A stretch of 36,330 bases of DNA from an uncultured Candidatus Saccharibacteria bacterium (GCA_964443635.1 CAYUDJ010000002.1:6565-42894), one strand, 5' to 3'. Counted from the stretch's first letter, positions 23,083-31,934 are shown. Numbers and translations are program-made. Notes: generated by a model not told the origin, from the sequence alone.

Positions 23083-23086
23083 TGGT

Positions 23087-24508
23087 TTATTTCAACTTAC
23101 TACTCAAGTAGCTTTCAAGCTCTGCAATTGCAATACGTTCCTGTGTTCCTGTATCACGATCACGGATCGTCACCGTATCAAGCAGTTCAGGATTTTCACC
23201 CAATGTATCAAAGTCGATCGTCACACAATATGGTGTACCGATTTCATCCTGGCGACGATAGCGTTTGCCAACATTTCCGTTGTCATCAAATTCACACATG
23301 AAGTTTTGGCGAAGTACTGAAAATACTTCTCGCGCCTTTGCAACAAGTTCTGGTTTATTTTTCAAAAGTGGAAAGACCGCGCATTTGATTGGTGCGAGTT
23401 TTGGATGGAGTGCAAGATACATACGTGTGTCTCCTTCACCAAGGTCTTCTTCACGATACGCATTGTCCAGGAACATCAAGAACAGACGTGCAAGTCCGAC
23501 CGATGTCTCAACGATATGCGGTACAAATCGCTCCTTTGTGTCTTCATCAAAATAGTTGAGATCAACACCCGAGAATTTGGAATGCTGCGAAAGATCCCAA
23601 TCCCCTCGCGCATGCACTCCTTCTACCTCTTTGAAACCACCAAGACCTCCAAAGTTGTATTCGATATCATATGCATCACTTGCATAGTGAGCGAGTTTTT
23701 CATGCTTGTACCAATGAATCTTTTCCTCTGGGATGCCGTAGTCAAGATACCACTGCCATCGCGCATCTTGCCATGATTTGAAGAGTGCTGCAGTCTGGCT
23801 CTGATGATGGAAATACTGCATCTCCATTTGCTCAAATTCTCGTGTACGGAAAATGAATTGGCGAGCATTGATTTCATTTCGAAATGCCTTTCCAACTTGA
23901 GCAATACCAAATGGCATTTTCGGATGCAATGAATCAAGTGTATTTTTATACTCCAAATAAATACCCCCACATGTTTCAGGACGAAGATACACTGGATCTG
24001 CCTCTGCAAGGTTTTCTGTTACTGCGCCAAGATTTGAATTGACCATCAGTGAGAACACTTTCGCTTCGGTAAAGTCACATTTACCACAGTTTGCGCATAC
24101 GAGCTTTTTCTCTGCTTTCAATTTCTCAAGTTCAGTATTGATGAATTCAATCGGCATCTTGTCAGCGACAATACCAAACTGCTCAAGGATGTGATCTGCA
24201 CGATAGCGCGCCTTACAGTTGCGACAATCAATCTGTGGATCGTTAAATCCACCAACGTGTCCGGACGCAACCCAGGTCGTCGGATGCATAAAAATAGCAC
24301 TATCAAGCCCTACCACATCGTCCCGGAGTTGAACCATGGATTTCAGCCATGCCGCACGGATATTGTCTTTCAGTAGCGTGCCGTAGTGCCCATAATCATA
24401 AATACCCGCCATCCCACCATATATTTCAGATGACGGATAGACAAATCCCCTTCGTTTGCAAAGGCTGATAAGTTGTTCCATTGATACGTGACTGGTCATA
24501 TTGGTCAT
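23087..24508 (-). CDS. glyQS: glycyl-tRNA synthetase, homodimeric class II type
   Basis: 473 aa. It has LCKRRGFVYPSSEIYGGMAGIYDYGHYG, YLRPETCGGIY, GIAQVGKAFRNEI.ARQFIFRTREFEQMEMQYF and an anticodon-binding C-terminal part. Confidence 0.93.
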   Translation of the reverse strand: MTNMTSHVSMEQLISLCKRRGFVYPSSEIYGGMAGIYDYGHYGTLLKDNIRAAWLKSMVQLRDDVVGLDSAIFMHPTTWVASGHVGGFNDPQIDCRNCKARYRADHILEQFGIVADKMPIEFINTELEKLKAEKKLVCANCGKCDFTEAKVFSLMVNSNLGAVTENLAEADPVYLRPETCGGIYLEYKNTLDSLHPKMPFGIAQVGKAFRNEINARQFIFRTREFEQMEMQYFHHQSQTAALFKSWQDARWQWYLDYGIPEEKIHWYKHEKLAHYASDAYDIEYNFGGLGGFKEVEGVHARGDWDLSQHSKFSGVDLNYFDEDTKERFVPHIVETSVGLARLFLMFLDNAYREEDLGEGDTRMYLALHPKLAPIKCAVFPLLKNKPELVAKAREVFSVLRQNFMCEFDDNGNVGKRYRRQDEIGTPYCVTIDFDTLGENPELLDTVTIRDRDTGTQERIAIAELESYLSSKLK

Positions 24509-24514
24509 AGGTTT

Positions 24515-26404
24515 TTATGGTACCACACGTTCCTTTCCGACGATATAGAGGGGGTCTGTGGCCAGCACAGTGGTCAATGCGGGCCGAGTTGCAGAAACAG
24601 CAGTATTTGTCACCGCGTCAGTTGCAGAAATTTCTGTCTCCCCGAGAAGCGAAAGCTCAGATCCGACCTGAGTCTTGGTCGGTTTGACTTTGACTTGGAA
24701 TGACACACTCTTTGATCGAGGTGTTGCAGTGGCACGAGGCATTGAACCAGCATTCCATGTCACGGTCCTTGTGTCGGGATTATATCGAACATCTTCAGTT
24801 GAAGGATTGATGACTCCGGTCCAGGTTGTACCATTTGGAAGCACCGCTGAAGACATAACACGCGACAATGCATTTTCAGCAGGTTGAATCGTCCAAGTGA
24901 GCGTATAGGTTGTTTCAACATCTGCCTTTGCTGGATATGGTCCCGTGTTTTTGATCAAGCCGACTGAATACAATGCCTGGGCTGCGAACTGAAGATTTGA
25001 AGAGAATCGTACCGTCTTTTGATCAATCGTATCAATCGACTGCTCTGTGTTCTCCCGATCCGGAAACGTACCCCGTACTGAAAGCGCAAGGCTGATATCT
25101 TTGAGTCCCGCAGTACCACTAATGGTTGAAAATTTGAATGGAAATTGACCTCGCGCTCCCGGCGCAATACTGCTGATACTCGGATCGGAGTCCGCAGTCC
25201 ACGTGAGTGTATTTGCAAGCGGGTCATAATAACTATCTGCGGCATCAATCGAAGCAGTATCGATAGAAGTACCCTCGAGAGCAATCGTAAATACTGGATT
25301 GATGATAGTAAGTGGTGAATTGTTTACCCACGTGAGCACTCCCTGGATCGGCAAACCGATTGGTACTGCCACGATATCTTCAGACATTCCATTCACCTGA
25401 ATTTGTCCAGAAATAAACGGCTGCGCAATGACAGTAGATGCAAGTACCGAGCTATAGGTCACCGCAATCTTGCTACTCGTATCACTCTCAGGTGTTCCAA
25501 CATACACACGGAATGCTTTTTCATCCTGCTCTTGCCCCACTATCCTACCCTGGATTGAGATAGTGCGCTCTGCACCCTTCTCCAAATCTCCAAGCGCCCA
25601 GACATTATTACCCGCAACGGGAGCCGGGATCGCAGACTGAAAAACAAAACCATCGGGATACTCGACACGAGTGACAACATTGTTGAGGAGTTTATCACCA
25701 GAAAATGTGTTGTGGATGGTAAGAGTAAAAGGTTGGTTGGAAACAATAGCCGTCGGAGCATCGACCTTGAGCCCTACAGGAGAAGAACTAATCAGTACCG
25801 AGAAGCTATTCTCCTTTTGAAATGTTGTTGCTGTTCCCTTGAGCTGGTAACTCAGCGTTGCCTTAATCTCACGACTCGCACCCTGCTCTCCATAGAGAAC
25901 GACCGAGAAACTATGACTCTTGGTTTTACCTGAACCAATCGTATCAAGTGGTTGCTCAAGTCTCACCACATCACTTCCCGTCTCATCAGTCGCTCCTTTT
26001 GGATAGTTGATCGTGAGCACTGCGTTGACGAGGTCCGCCGCATTTTTGTTGACCACCTCAACCTGGATCGGCAATGCTTCTCCTCCACCAACAAATGAGT
26101 TCCCCAGAATAGTCAGATCAACATTCTTGCTTGAGAGTGTGAGTGCGCCACGATAGATTGAAAAGAGTGCGGCACCGGCGCCAATGATAAAAAAAATAAG
26201 TGTGAAGAAAAAGAATCGCTTGTATCCTGACACACCGGTCGGATGTTTTATTTTTTCGTCAGGAAGTTCCGTCGCCCCCCATGTCGATGTCGTATTTTGT
26301 TTGATTGGATGAAGAATACCAAACTTGCGCTGCGGCTGTCCTGCAGGGTCACGTGTATAAAGTTTTTTCTGGAGTTCAGCAATGTGATCTATTTCTCCGG
26401 GCAT
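24515..26404 (-). CDS. membrane-anchored protein with tandem beta-sandwich (CARDB/DUF11-like) repeats, unknown function
   Basis: 629 aa with ATG at 26404. A ~65-aa cytoplasmic N-terminus is followed by one TM helix (FFFFTLIFFIIGAGAALFSIY). Then come repeated ~100-aa Thr/Ser/Val/Gly-rich segments (e.g. ...GEALPIQVEVVNKN..., ...NQPFTLTIHNTF..., ...NVWALGDLEKGAERTISIQGRIVG...). The stop is 6 nt before the glyQS start. Confidence 0.65.
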   Translation of the reverse strand: MPGEIDHIAELQKKLYTRDPAGQPQRKFGILHPIKQNTTSTWGATELPDEKIKHPTGVSGYKRFFFFTLIFFIIGAGAALFSIYRGALTLSSKNVDLTILGNSFVGGGEALPIQVEVVNKNAADLVNAVLTINYPKGATDETGSDVVRLEQPLDTIGSGKTKSHSFSVVLYGEQGASREIKATLSYQLKGTATTFQKENSFSVLISSSPVGLKVDAPTAIVSNQPFTLTIHNTFSGDKLLNNVVTRVEYPDGFVFQSAIPAPVAGNNVWALGDLEKGAERTISIQGRIVGQEQDEKAFRVYVGTPESDTSSKIAVTYSSVLASTVIAQPFISGQIQVNGMSEDIVAVPIGLPIQGVLTWVNNSPLTIINPVFTIALEGTSIDTASIDAADSYYDPLANTLTWTADSDPSISSIAPGARGQFPFKFSTISGTAGLKDISLALSVRGTFPDRENTEQSIDTIDQKTVRFSSNLQFAAQALYSVGLIKNTGPYPAKADVETTYTLTWTIQPAENALSRVMSSAVLPNGTTWTGVINPSTEDVRYNPDTRTVTWNAGSMPRATATPRSKSVSFQVKVKPTKTQVGSELSLLGETEISATDAVTNTAVSATRPALTTVLATDPLYIVGKERVVP

Positions 26405-26424
26405 CCTCAGAGTATAGCAAAAAA

Positions 26425-27000
26425 CTAGAGATGTGTTTCGGTAATCGCCTGTTGAACTTCCCGTATCAGACGTTTGCTTGTCGCAGCATCAGTTGCACGA
26501 ATTGCATCGCCCAGTGGTAGCATCAGGAGTTCCTCATCCCCACCCGCGACTGCAATATAGCCAAGCAGTACCAGCGTCCTCCATATTGATATCGTATCAA
26601 ATGCAACCACGTCGTATCCGCCTTCAACCAAACAATCCGCACATGATCGCAAATGACTAAAGAGTTCCTCATGCGGTGCCTCCCCCGCCAAAAATCGCTC
26701 AAGCGTAGCGAGTGTACGAACAAAACTTCTCGTCAACGGATCCCTCACTCTTCCTCGCACCGGCTCATCATCAAGCACAGCACTCACCATCCGCCATACT
26801 TCCTTGCCCCGAACGAGATCGGCAGAGATAAATGAATAGTCGGGCGTCTGACCGCGCAATTTTGCCTCAGGCTTCCTGACCCCTTGTGCCACTGCCACCA
26901 CCAGGCCAAAGTCCTTGGTAAAGAGCCAGAAACGCTTGTTAGCCTCTGCTGCCGGCGCGCTCTTGAGGATGACCGCCTTGGTGTGATGGATAGCGTGCAT
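26425..27000 (-). CDS. recO: DNA repair protein RecO-like (short form)
   Basis: 191 aa. The N-terminal OB-fold pattern TKAVILKSAPAAEANKRFWLFTKDFGLVVAVAQGVRKPEAKLRG...DLVRGKEVWR resembles RecO (GIVL....YGE.DK...LFT...GK....A.GARK..SKL). Only one CxxC (CADC) is present, and the protein is ~50-60 aa shorter than classical RecO. Confidence 0.55.
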   Translation of the reverse strand: MHAIHHTKAVILKSAPAAEANKRFWLFTKDFGLVVAVAQGVRKPEAKLRGQTPDYSFISADLVRGKEVWRMVSAVLDDEPVRGRVRDPLTRSFVRTLATLERFLAGEAPHEELFSHLRSCADCLVEGGYDVVAFDTISIWRTLVLLGYIAVAGGDEELLMLPLGDAIRATDAATSKRLIREVQQAITETHL

Positions 27001-27090
27001 GATGCAAAAAGTGTAACACGGGGTGTTCTTGACATATTAAAGAAAGTGTTTATAGTAAAGACAAATTGTTAACACTTAAACTACATAGAT

Positions 27091-27459
27091 ATGCCAATCG
27101 TAGAGATTCATTCACGGATACAGGCTTACCATATCCCTGTTCTGGACGCAGCCATAAAAGCTGCGCTCCTCTCAATCGAAGAATTAGAGCTCAAAGATGC
27201 TTCATGGATAAAAGTTTATTTTGTAACGACGTATGCAATGGAAAATCCCTGCATGGTAAAAATAACATTGGACAAAAAGCTGCAACGCACCAAGGAAATC
27301 CTTGATAGAGCAGCGGACGCCATTCACGACATCTTGAAAGATCATGGAGACTTCACTATGATCGAAGTCCTGACATTTTGTTTTACTCCTGCTCTATCAG
27401 GACAGAGACTAAGCAGAAAAGAAGATAAGCCCGAAGAAGAAAGTAACACCAATGCGTAA
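27091..27459 (+). CDS. hypothetical protein (two beta-alpha-beta units; possible tautomerase-superfamily fold)
   Basis: 122 aa with ATG at 27091. It starts MPIVEIH..., and a second similar unit is CMVKITLDKKLQRTKEILDRAADAIHDILKD...TMIEVLTF. It is the only plus-strand gene in this stretch, between two minus-strand blocks. Confidence 0.45.
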   Translation: MPIVEIHSRIQAYHIPVLDAAIKAALLSIEELELKDASWIKVYFVTTYAMENPCMVKITLDKKLQRTKEILDRAADAIHDILKDHGDFTMIEVLTFCFTPALSGQRLSRKEDKPEEESNTNA

Positions 27460-27470
27460 GCTGCGGTGTT

Positions 27471-28130
27471 TTATTTATTACATACCATCCACTTCCCCTC
27501 ACTAATAACTTCTACATCTCCATCGATAACCTTTACTGCTGATTGATCATCAATAACATATATCTTTTTACCCATATCATCAGTAACCTTTTTAATATTT
27601 TCCTCCCTAACTCCAGGAAAGTTTGAGGACTTGAAATGAGGAATAACATAGAAATCAACAAGGTTCAAAGCGTCCATATCTTGTGACTTATCCATATCCT
27701 CACTATAGAGCACCTGAGAAACAGTCAGTATAAGATTTGGATTCGTTACCATACTTCCCGCACTGACTCCTACATAAACCTTTTTTGAAAGAAGATCAGG
27801 TAGCATTTTGTCCAGACCACTTTTCTTGATCCATTCCATGAGATAGTACGTATTTCCTCCTTCAAAAAATAGTACATCAGCCGCTTCTATCTTTTGCTTC
27901 CACACGGTCTCGGGAAATGATGAAATATCAGCAATATCAATCGATTTACATTGCTGGTTTTTAAGATTAACCAAATCATCAATGAGCCATTCCTTGCCAC
28001 CCATTTCTATATTTGATGCTGTTGGGATAACGACAATACTGGTTTCAGCTGCAGGTTTCCCCACAAGATCAAAAAGTGCTTTTGCGATTGAGTTGTTTGA
28101 TAGACCGTTTGAGGTGAGTAGTAGTTTCAT
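27471..28130 (-). CDS. S51 family peptidase (dipeptidase E-like)
   Basis: 219 aa. It has MKLLLTSNGLSN..., VLFFEGGNTYYLM, YVGVSAGSM (nucleophile Ser context) and VIPHF. The gene is AT-rich. Confidence 0.7.
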   Translation of the reverse strand: MKLLLTSNGLSNNSIAKALFDLVGKPAAETSIVVIPTASNIEMGGKEWLIDDLVNLKNQQCKSIDIADISSFPETVWKQKIEAADVLFFEGGNTYYLMEWIKKSGLDKMLPDLLSKKVYVGVSAGSMVTNPNLILTVSQVLYSEDMDKSQDMDALNLVDFYVIPHFKSSNFPGVREENIKKVTDDMGKKIYVIDDQSAVKVIDGDVEVISEGKWMVCNK

Positions 28131-28139
28131 ATATCTATT

Positions 28140-28511
28140 TTACTTTATTGGGCGGATACTTCTCCAATATTTTCTCCACAGTGGATAGAGCAGGAAAATA
28201 CCGACACCAGCAAGTGCAGACCAGGCACCGAGGAGAATGAAATAAATAAACCAGAGCATCTCTTTTACATAGAAATAGTAATGCAGCTTCCAATAGCACT
28301 CTATTTCTACTTTCTCTCGGGCAGCATGGCGCAGCGCCTCACGTTCATGGAGGCGTTCCGCGATTTGTGTATGACCAAATGTAACCAAGACAGCCAGCAC
28401 ACCAATCCATTCAATAAGCCCTTTTTGAGTAATAAGCGCGACCGCAACTAAAATCGCTGCAACAACTGCAAACTCCCCTACCCATGTTTTGTACGTAAAT
28501 ATCTTTTTCAT
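28140..28511 (-). CDS. small integral membrane protein (unknown function)
   Basis: 123 aa with ATG at 28511, 3 nt after the ileS stop. It has about 4 hydrophobic segments separated by a charged helix (ERLHEREALRHAAREKVEIE). Confidence 0.5.
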   Translation of the reverse strand: MKKIFTYKTWVGEFAVVAAILVAVALITQKGLIEWIGVLAVLVTFGHTQIAERLHEREALRHAAREKVEIECYWKLHYYFYVKEMLWFIYFILLGAWSALAGVGIFLLYPLWRKYWRSIRPIK

Positions 28512-28514
28512 ACG

Positions 28515-31500
28515 TTACTGAATTATTATTTCTTCCCCACTGACAACAACTTCCTTCGCCCCAACCGTCTTCTTCAATTCCTCACCAAACATATCTACAA
28601 TCTCTTGGTATTTTTCTGGAAGGGTTAACATGATCACATCCTGCGGTGCGAGATCTTTTTCTTTGCGGAGATCTTGCACTGCACGGACAAGCTCGCGATA
28701 GTCACCTTCGAGTTTGAGCTCGGGGGTAATTGCTGTATCAATAACAACACTTAATTCATTACCTTCATTAAATTTAACTTCTTTTACATTCAATTCATCT
28801 TTAATTAAAGAAACCATAGAAGCTTTAAGTTGATATCCAAAAGTATTGAGAAGGCCCAAAGGTTGACGGATCGGAAGATTCTCTTTTTTTCGAAAAGCGT
28901 TTCCCATTGTTGAAATTTCTCTTGTTTTTTTCATTTCTTCCAAAATTTCAAAATCAATTTCCGTCGCCTTTGACCAGGTACTCAAATGCACACTTTCTTC
29001 GTCAGTATCAGTTTTCAACTTCTGCCAAAGATCTTCTGTCATGAACGGTGCAAACGGAGCCAACAGTTGGGCCGTTGTTTTCAATACATGATAGAGCGTT
29101 CGTTTTGCATCAGTGTCCCCATCCTTGAGGCGGTCACGGGAACGGCGCAGGTACCAGGTTGAAAGGTCATCGAGGAATTCACGGAGGCTGCGGGTCGGTG
29201 TAAAGAGGTCATACGCATCAAGACCAGTAGTGACTGCTTCGATCGTCTGATTGAGTCGTGCCATGATCCATTGATCAAGGACATTTGCGCTCTCTGTATA
29301 TGAACCTTCGAGGTTCTTGTCGCGATAGAGTTCGTAGAATGAATACACATTTCCAAGGAGATTGAACACCTTGTTGTTGATTTCAGCAACACTCTTCTCA
29401 TCATAGTTCTTGCTCTCGCCTGGCTGGTTCACCGAATACATCCAGAACCGCACCGCGTCCACACCAAACTTATCCATTTGTTCAAATGGTTCGACGATAT
29501 TACCAATCGATTTGGACATTTTTTTGCCATCTTTATCAAGCAAGTGTCCGAGGGAAATGACGTTCTTGTACGGTGCGCCACGCTCCATGAGTACACCCAC
29601 TGCAAGGAGTGTATAGAACCATCCGCGTGTCTGATCGATTGCCTCTGAGATAAAGTCTGCTGGGTATGCCAGAGTCTCTGAGTGTTCGAATGGATAGTGA
29701 TCCTGCGCAAATGGCATCGAGCCCGAGTCGAACCATACATCCATCACTTCCTTTACACGGCGGAATTCCTTGCCATCTTTTTCGAGAATGACGTCATCGA
29801 TATAGGGGCGGTGGAGATCAAGCTCGTAGCTATCATTGTGCGGAAGTGGCGTGAATGAAATCTGACGAATTTCTGCATTATTAAAATTTTTATACTCCCG
29901 AGTCTTTGCAAACATTGTACTGATAGCAATATCATTGGATAGAAGTTCCAATGCGCGAGCAGTCGCACCGTGACATACGATAAGAATATTTTTATCTTTG
30001 TATTTTGCATCGATACTATACAGGAACTCTGCTGACCGTTTGAAAACTTCCGCATATGATTCTCCATCGGAAGTTTTGAACTCGTATCGATCCACTACGT
30101 CTTTGTTGCGTATTTCAAAATAATCTTCGATTGATTTATTAGTGGTATTAAACTCACTTCCAACATTCCATTCCCCTATGCGAGGATCAGGTACTATGTC
30201 CTTTGAAGAAATACCTAGTGCATTTGCAACAAGCTCTGCCGTCTCTCGAGTTCTAACAAAAGGAGAAGTAACAATAAGATCTATATGCTTGTCCGTAAAA
30301 GCTACAGTAGCGGTACGCACCTGTTCTTTTCCTGCCTCCGTAAGAGGGTCATTTGCAGTACTATCACAACTCCATTGTTGCTTTACATTACTTTCAGATT
30401 GCCCGTGACGCATGATCGTATACGTATTACCTGACTTCTTACTGTACTTCTTCAAGGTATCAACCGAATCAACGACAATCTTCTCGCCATCAGCAGCAAC
30501 CCAAATCGGCAATGGTGTCCCCCAGTATCGCTCGCGGCTGATCGCCCAGTCTTTGACCTCGCGGATCCATTCGCCAAAACGTCCTTCTTTGATATGGTCG
30601 GGCTCCCAATTAATCGTGTCATTTGCCTTCATGAGGTCATCGCGAAGTTCTGACATGCGGATATACCAGCTGTCACGCGCATAATAAATGAGCGGTGTCT
30701 TACAACGCCAGCAGTGCGGATATGAGTGCTCGTACTTTTCTTTTCTAAATAATAGTCCGCGATGTGCAAGGTCTTTGATGATATCAATAGCTACTTCTTC
30801 ATCTTTTACAAAACGACCTTCAAGGAAATCAATCCCTGCAATGAACTTTCCTTCTTCATTGACTGTGTGTATCTTTGGCAATCCAGCACTCGTACCAAGC
30901 ACAAAGTCATCTGCTCCATACATCGGTGCAATATGTACAATACCGGTACCGTCAGTTGTGGTGACAAAGTCTGCTGCATATATTTTGTGTGCAGTATCAG
31001 ACTGGAGTGCTGCTACCGTGTAGATCTGCTCATATTCCATACCCACCATCTCACTTCCCTTGTGCTCTGCAACTATTTCATACGGATCGGTAATAAGTGA
31101 GAGTCGCTCTCTTGCAATGACGAGTATTTCTTCCCCTACTTTTATTTCGACATACTCAATATCGGCGCCAACTGCGAGTGCGACATTTCCTGGCAGTGTC
31201 CACGGTGTTGTTGTCCATGCTACAAAATATGCTTTTTCAAATCCTTTGATTGGAAACTTCGCATACACCGTCAGGTCCTTGTCATCATGATATTCTTGTG
31301 CCAACTCATGCGACGCAAGTGTTGTTCCACAGCGAGGGCACCACGGCAATACTTTATAGTCTTTGTAGAGCAATCCCCGATCGTTGACCTTGCTGATGAT
31401 ACTCCAGAGCGACTCCATGTATGATGGATTGAATGTATAGTATGCGGTTTTTTTATCAACCCAGTAGCCGATACGATCAGTGAATACTTCCCAGTCATGA

Positions 31501-31883
31501 ATATATGTAAATACGCTCTCTTTGCATTCTTTATTGAATGCCGCCATACCGTATTTCTCAATATCTTTTTTACTCGCAAGTCCGAGTTTCTTTTCAATCT
31601 GAAGTTCAACAGGGAGACCGTGCGTATCCCACCCCGCACGTCGTGGTACAGAGAATCCTTGCATTGTTTTATAGCGCGGGATTACGTCCTTGAATGCGCG
31701 AGCTTCGAGATGGTGGAGTGCAGGCTTTGCATTTGCAGTCGGTGGCCCTTCGAAAAAGACGAATGGTTCGCCGTCCTTGTTTTTCTCAAGGCTTTTTTGA
31801 AAAATATTCTGTTCCTCCCAAAAAGCCAAAATACGCTCTTCCCGGAGCGCTGCAGCTGATTTTTCAAAGCTTTTTTCTTCCAT
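28515..31883 (-). CDS. ileS: isoleucyl-tRNA synthetase (type 2) with embedded histidine-phosphatase domain
   Basis: The tracked ORF begins with GTG at 31901; ATG at 31883 (MEEKSFEK...) is preferred. It has FFEGPPTANAKPALHHLEARAFKD (HIGH-region variant), the editing-domain motif WTTTPWTLPGNVAL, CWRCKTPLIYYA, WAISRERYWGTPLPIW, DVWFDSGSMPFAQ, QTRGWFYTL and KKMSKSIGN (KMSKS). Confidence 0.93.
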   Translation of the reverse strand: MEEKSFEKSAAALREERILAFWEEQNIFQKSLEKNKDGEPFVFFEGPPTANAKPALHHLEARAFKDVIPRYKTMQGFSVPRRAGWDTHGLPVELQIEKKLGLASKKDIEKYGMAAFNKECKESVFTYIHDWEVFTDRIGYWVDKKTAYYTFNPSYMESLWSIISKVNDRGLLYKDYKVLPWCPRCGTTLASHELAQEYHDDKDLTVYAKFPIKGFEKAYFVAWTTTPWTLPGNVALAVGADIEYVEIKVGEEILVIARERLSLITDPYEIVAEHKGSEMVGMEYEQIYTVAALQSDTAHKIYAADFVTTTDGTGIVHIAPMYGADDFVLGTSAGLPKIHTVNEEGKFIAGIDFLEGRFVKDEEVAIDIIKDLAHRGLLFRKEKYEHSYPHCWRCKTPLIYYARDSWYIRMSELRDDLMKANDTINWEPDHIKEGRFGEWIREVKDWAISRERYWGTPLPIWVAADGEKIVVDSVDTLKKYSKKSGNTYTIMRHGQSESNVKQQWSCDSTANDPLTEAGKEQVRTATVAFTDKHIDLIVTSPFVRTRETAELVANALGISSKDIVPDPRIGEWNVGSEFNTTNKSIEDYFEIRNKDVVDRYEFKTSDGESYAEVFKRSAEFLYSIDAKYKDKNILIVCHGATARALELLSNDIAISTMFAKTREYKNFNNAEIRQISFTPLPHNDSYELDLHRPYIDDVILEKDGKEFRRVKEVMDVWFDSGSMPFAQDHYPFEHSETLAYPADFISEAIDQTRGWFYTLLAVGVLMERGAPYKNVISLGHLLDKDGKKMSKSIGNIVEPFEQMDKFGVDAVRFWMYSVNQPGESKNYDEKSVAEINNKVFNLLGNVYSFYELYRDKNLEGSYTESANVLDQWIMARLNQTIEAVTTGLDAYDLFTPTRSLREFLDDLSTWYLRRSRDRLKDGDTDAKRTLYHVLKTTAQLLAPFAPFMTEDLWQKLKTDTDEESVHLSTWSKATEIDFEILEEMKKTREISTMGNAFRKKENLPIRQPLGLLNTFGYQLKASMVSLIKDELNVKEVKFNEGNELSVVIDTAITPELKLEGDYRELVRAVQDLRKEKDLAPQDVIMLTLPEKYQEIVDMFGEELKKTVGAKEVVVSGEEIIIQ
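29826..30434 (-). other. in-frame histidine phosphatase superfamily (phosphoglycerate-mutase-like) domain inserted in ileS
   Basis: ORF aa ~490-692 carry TIMRHGQSESN (codons verified at 30413-30381), TSPFVRTRETAELV, RIGEWNVGSEF and ILIVCHGATARAL. The segment is flanked by canonical IleRS blocks PLPIW (upstream) and DLHRPYIDD (downstream). Confidence 0.8.
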
Positions 31884-31934
31884 ATGGACTGATTTTAGCA
31901 CAATTTTTTAGAGATGTTTCTTTTCAAGCAATTC

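Noticed and set aside
29826-30434. The ileS insertion as an intein or a mobile self-splicing element.
   Set aside because: There is no Cys/Ser/Thr at the insertion N-terminus. The His-Asn near the C-terminal boundary (PHND) is followed by Asp, not a nucleophile. No homing-endonuclease motifs are present. The motifs instead match a histidine phosphatase.
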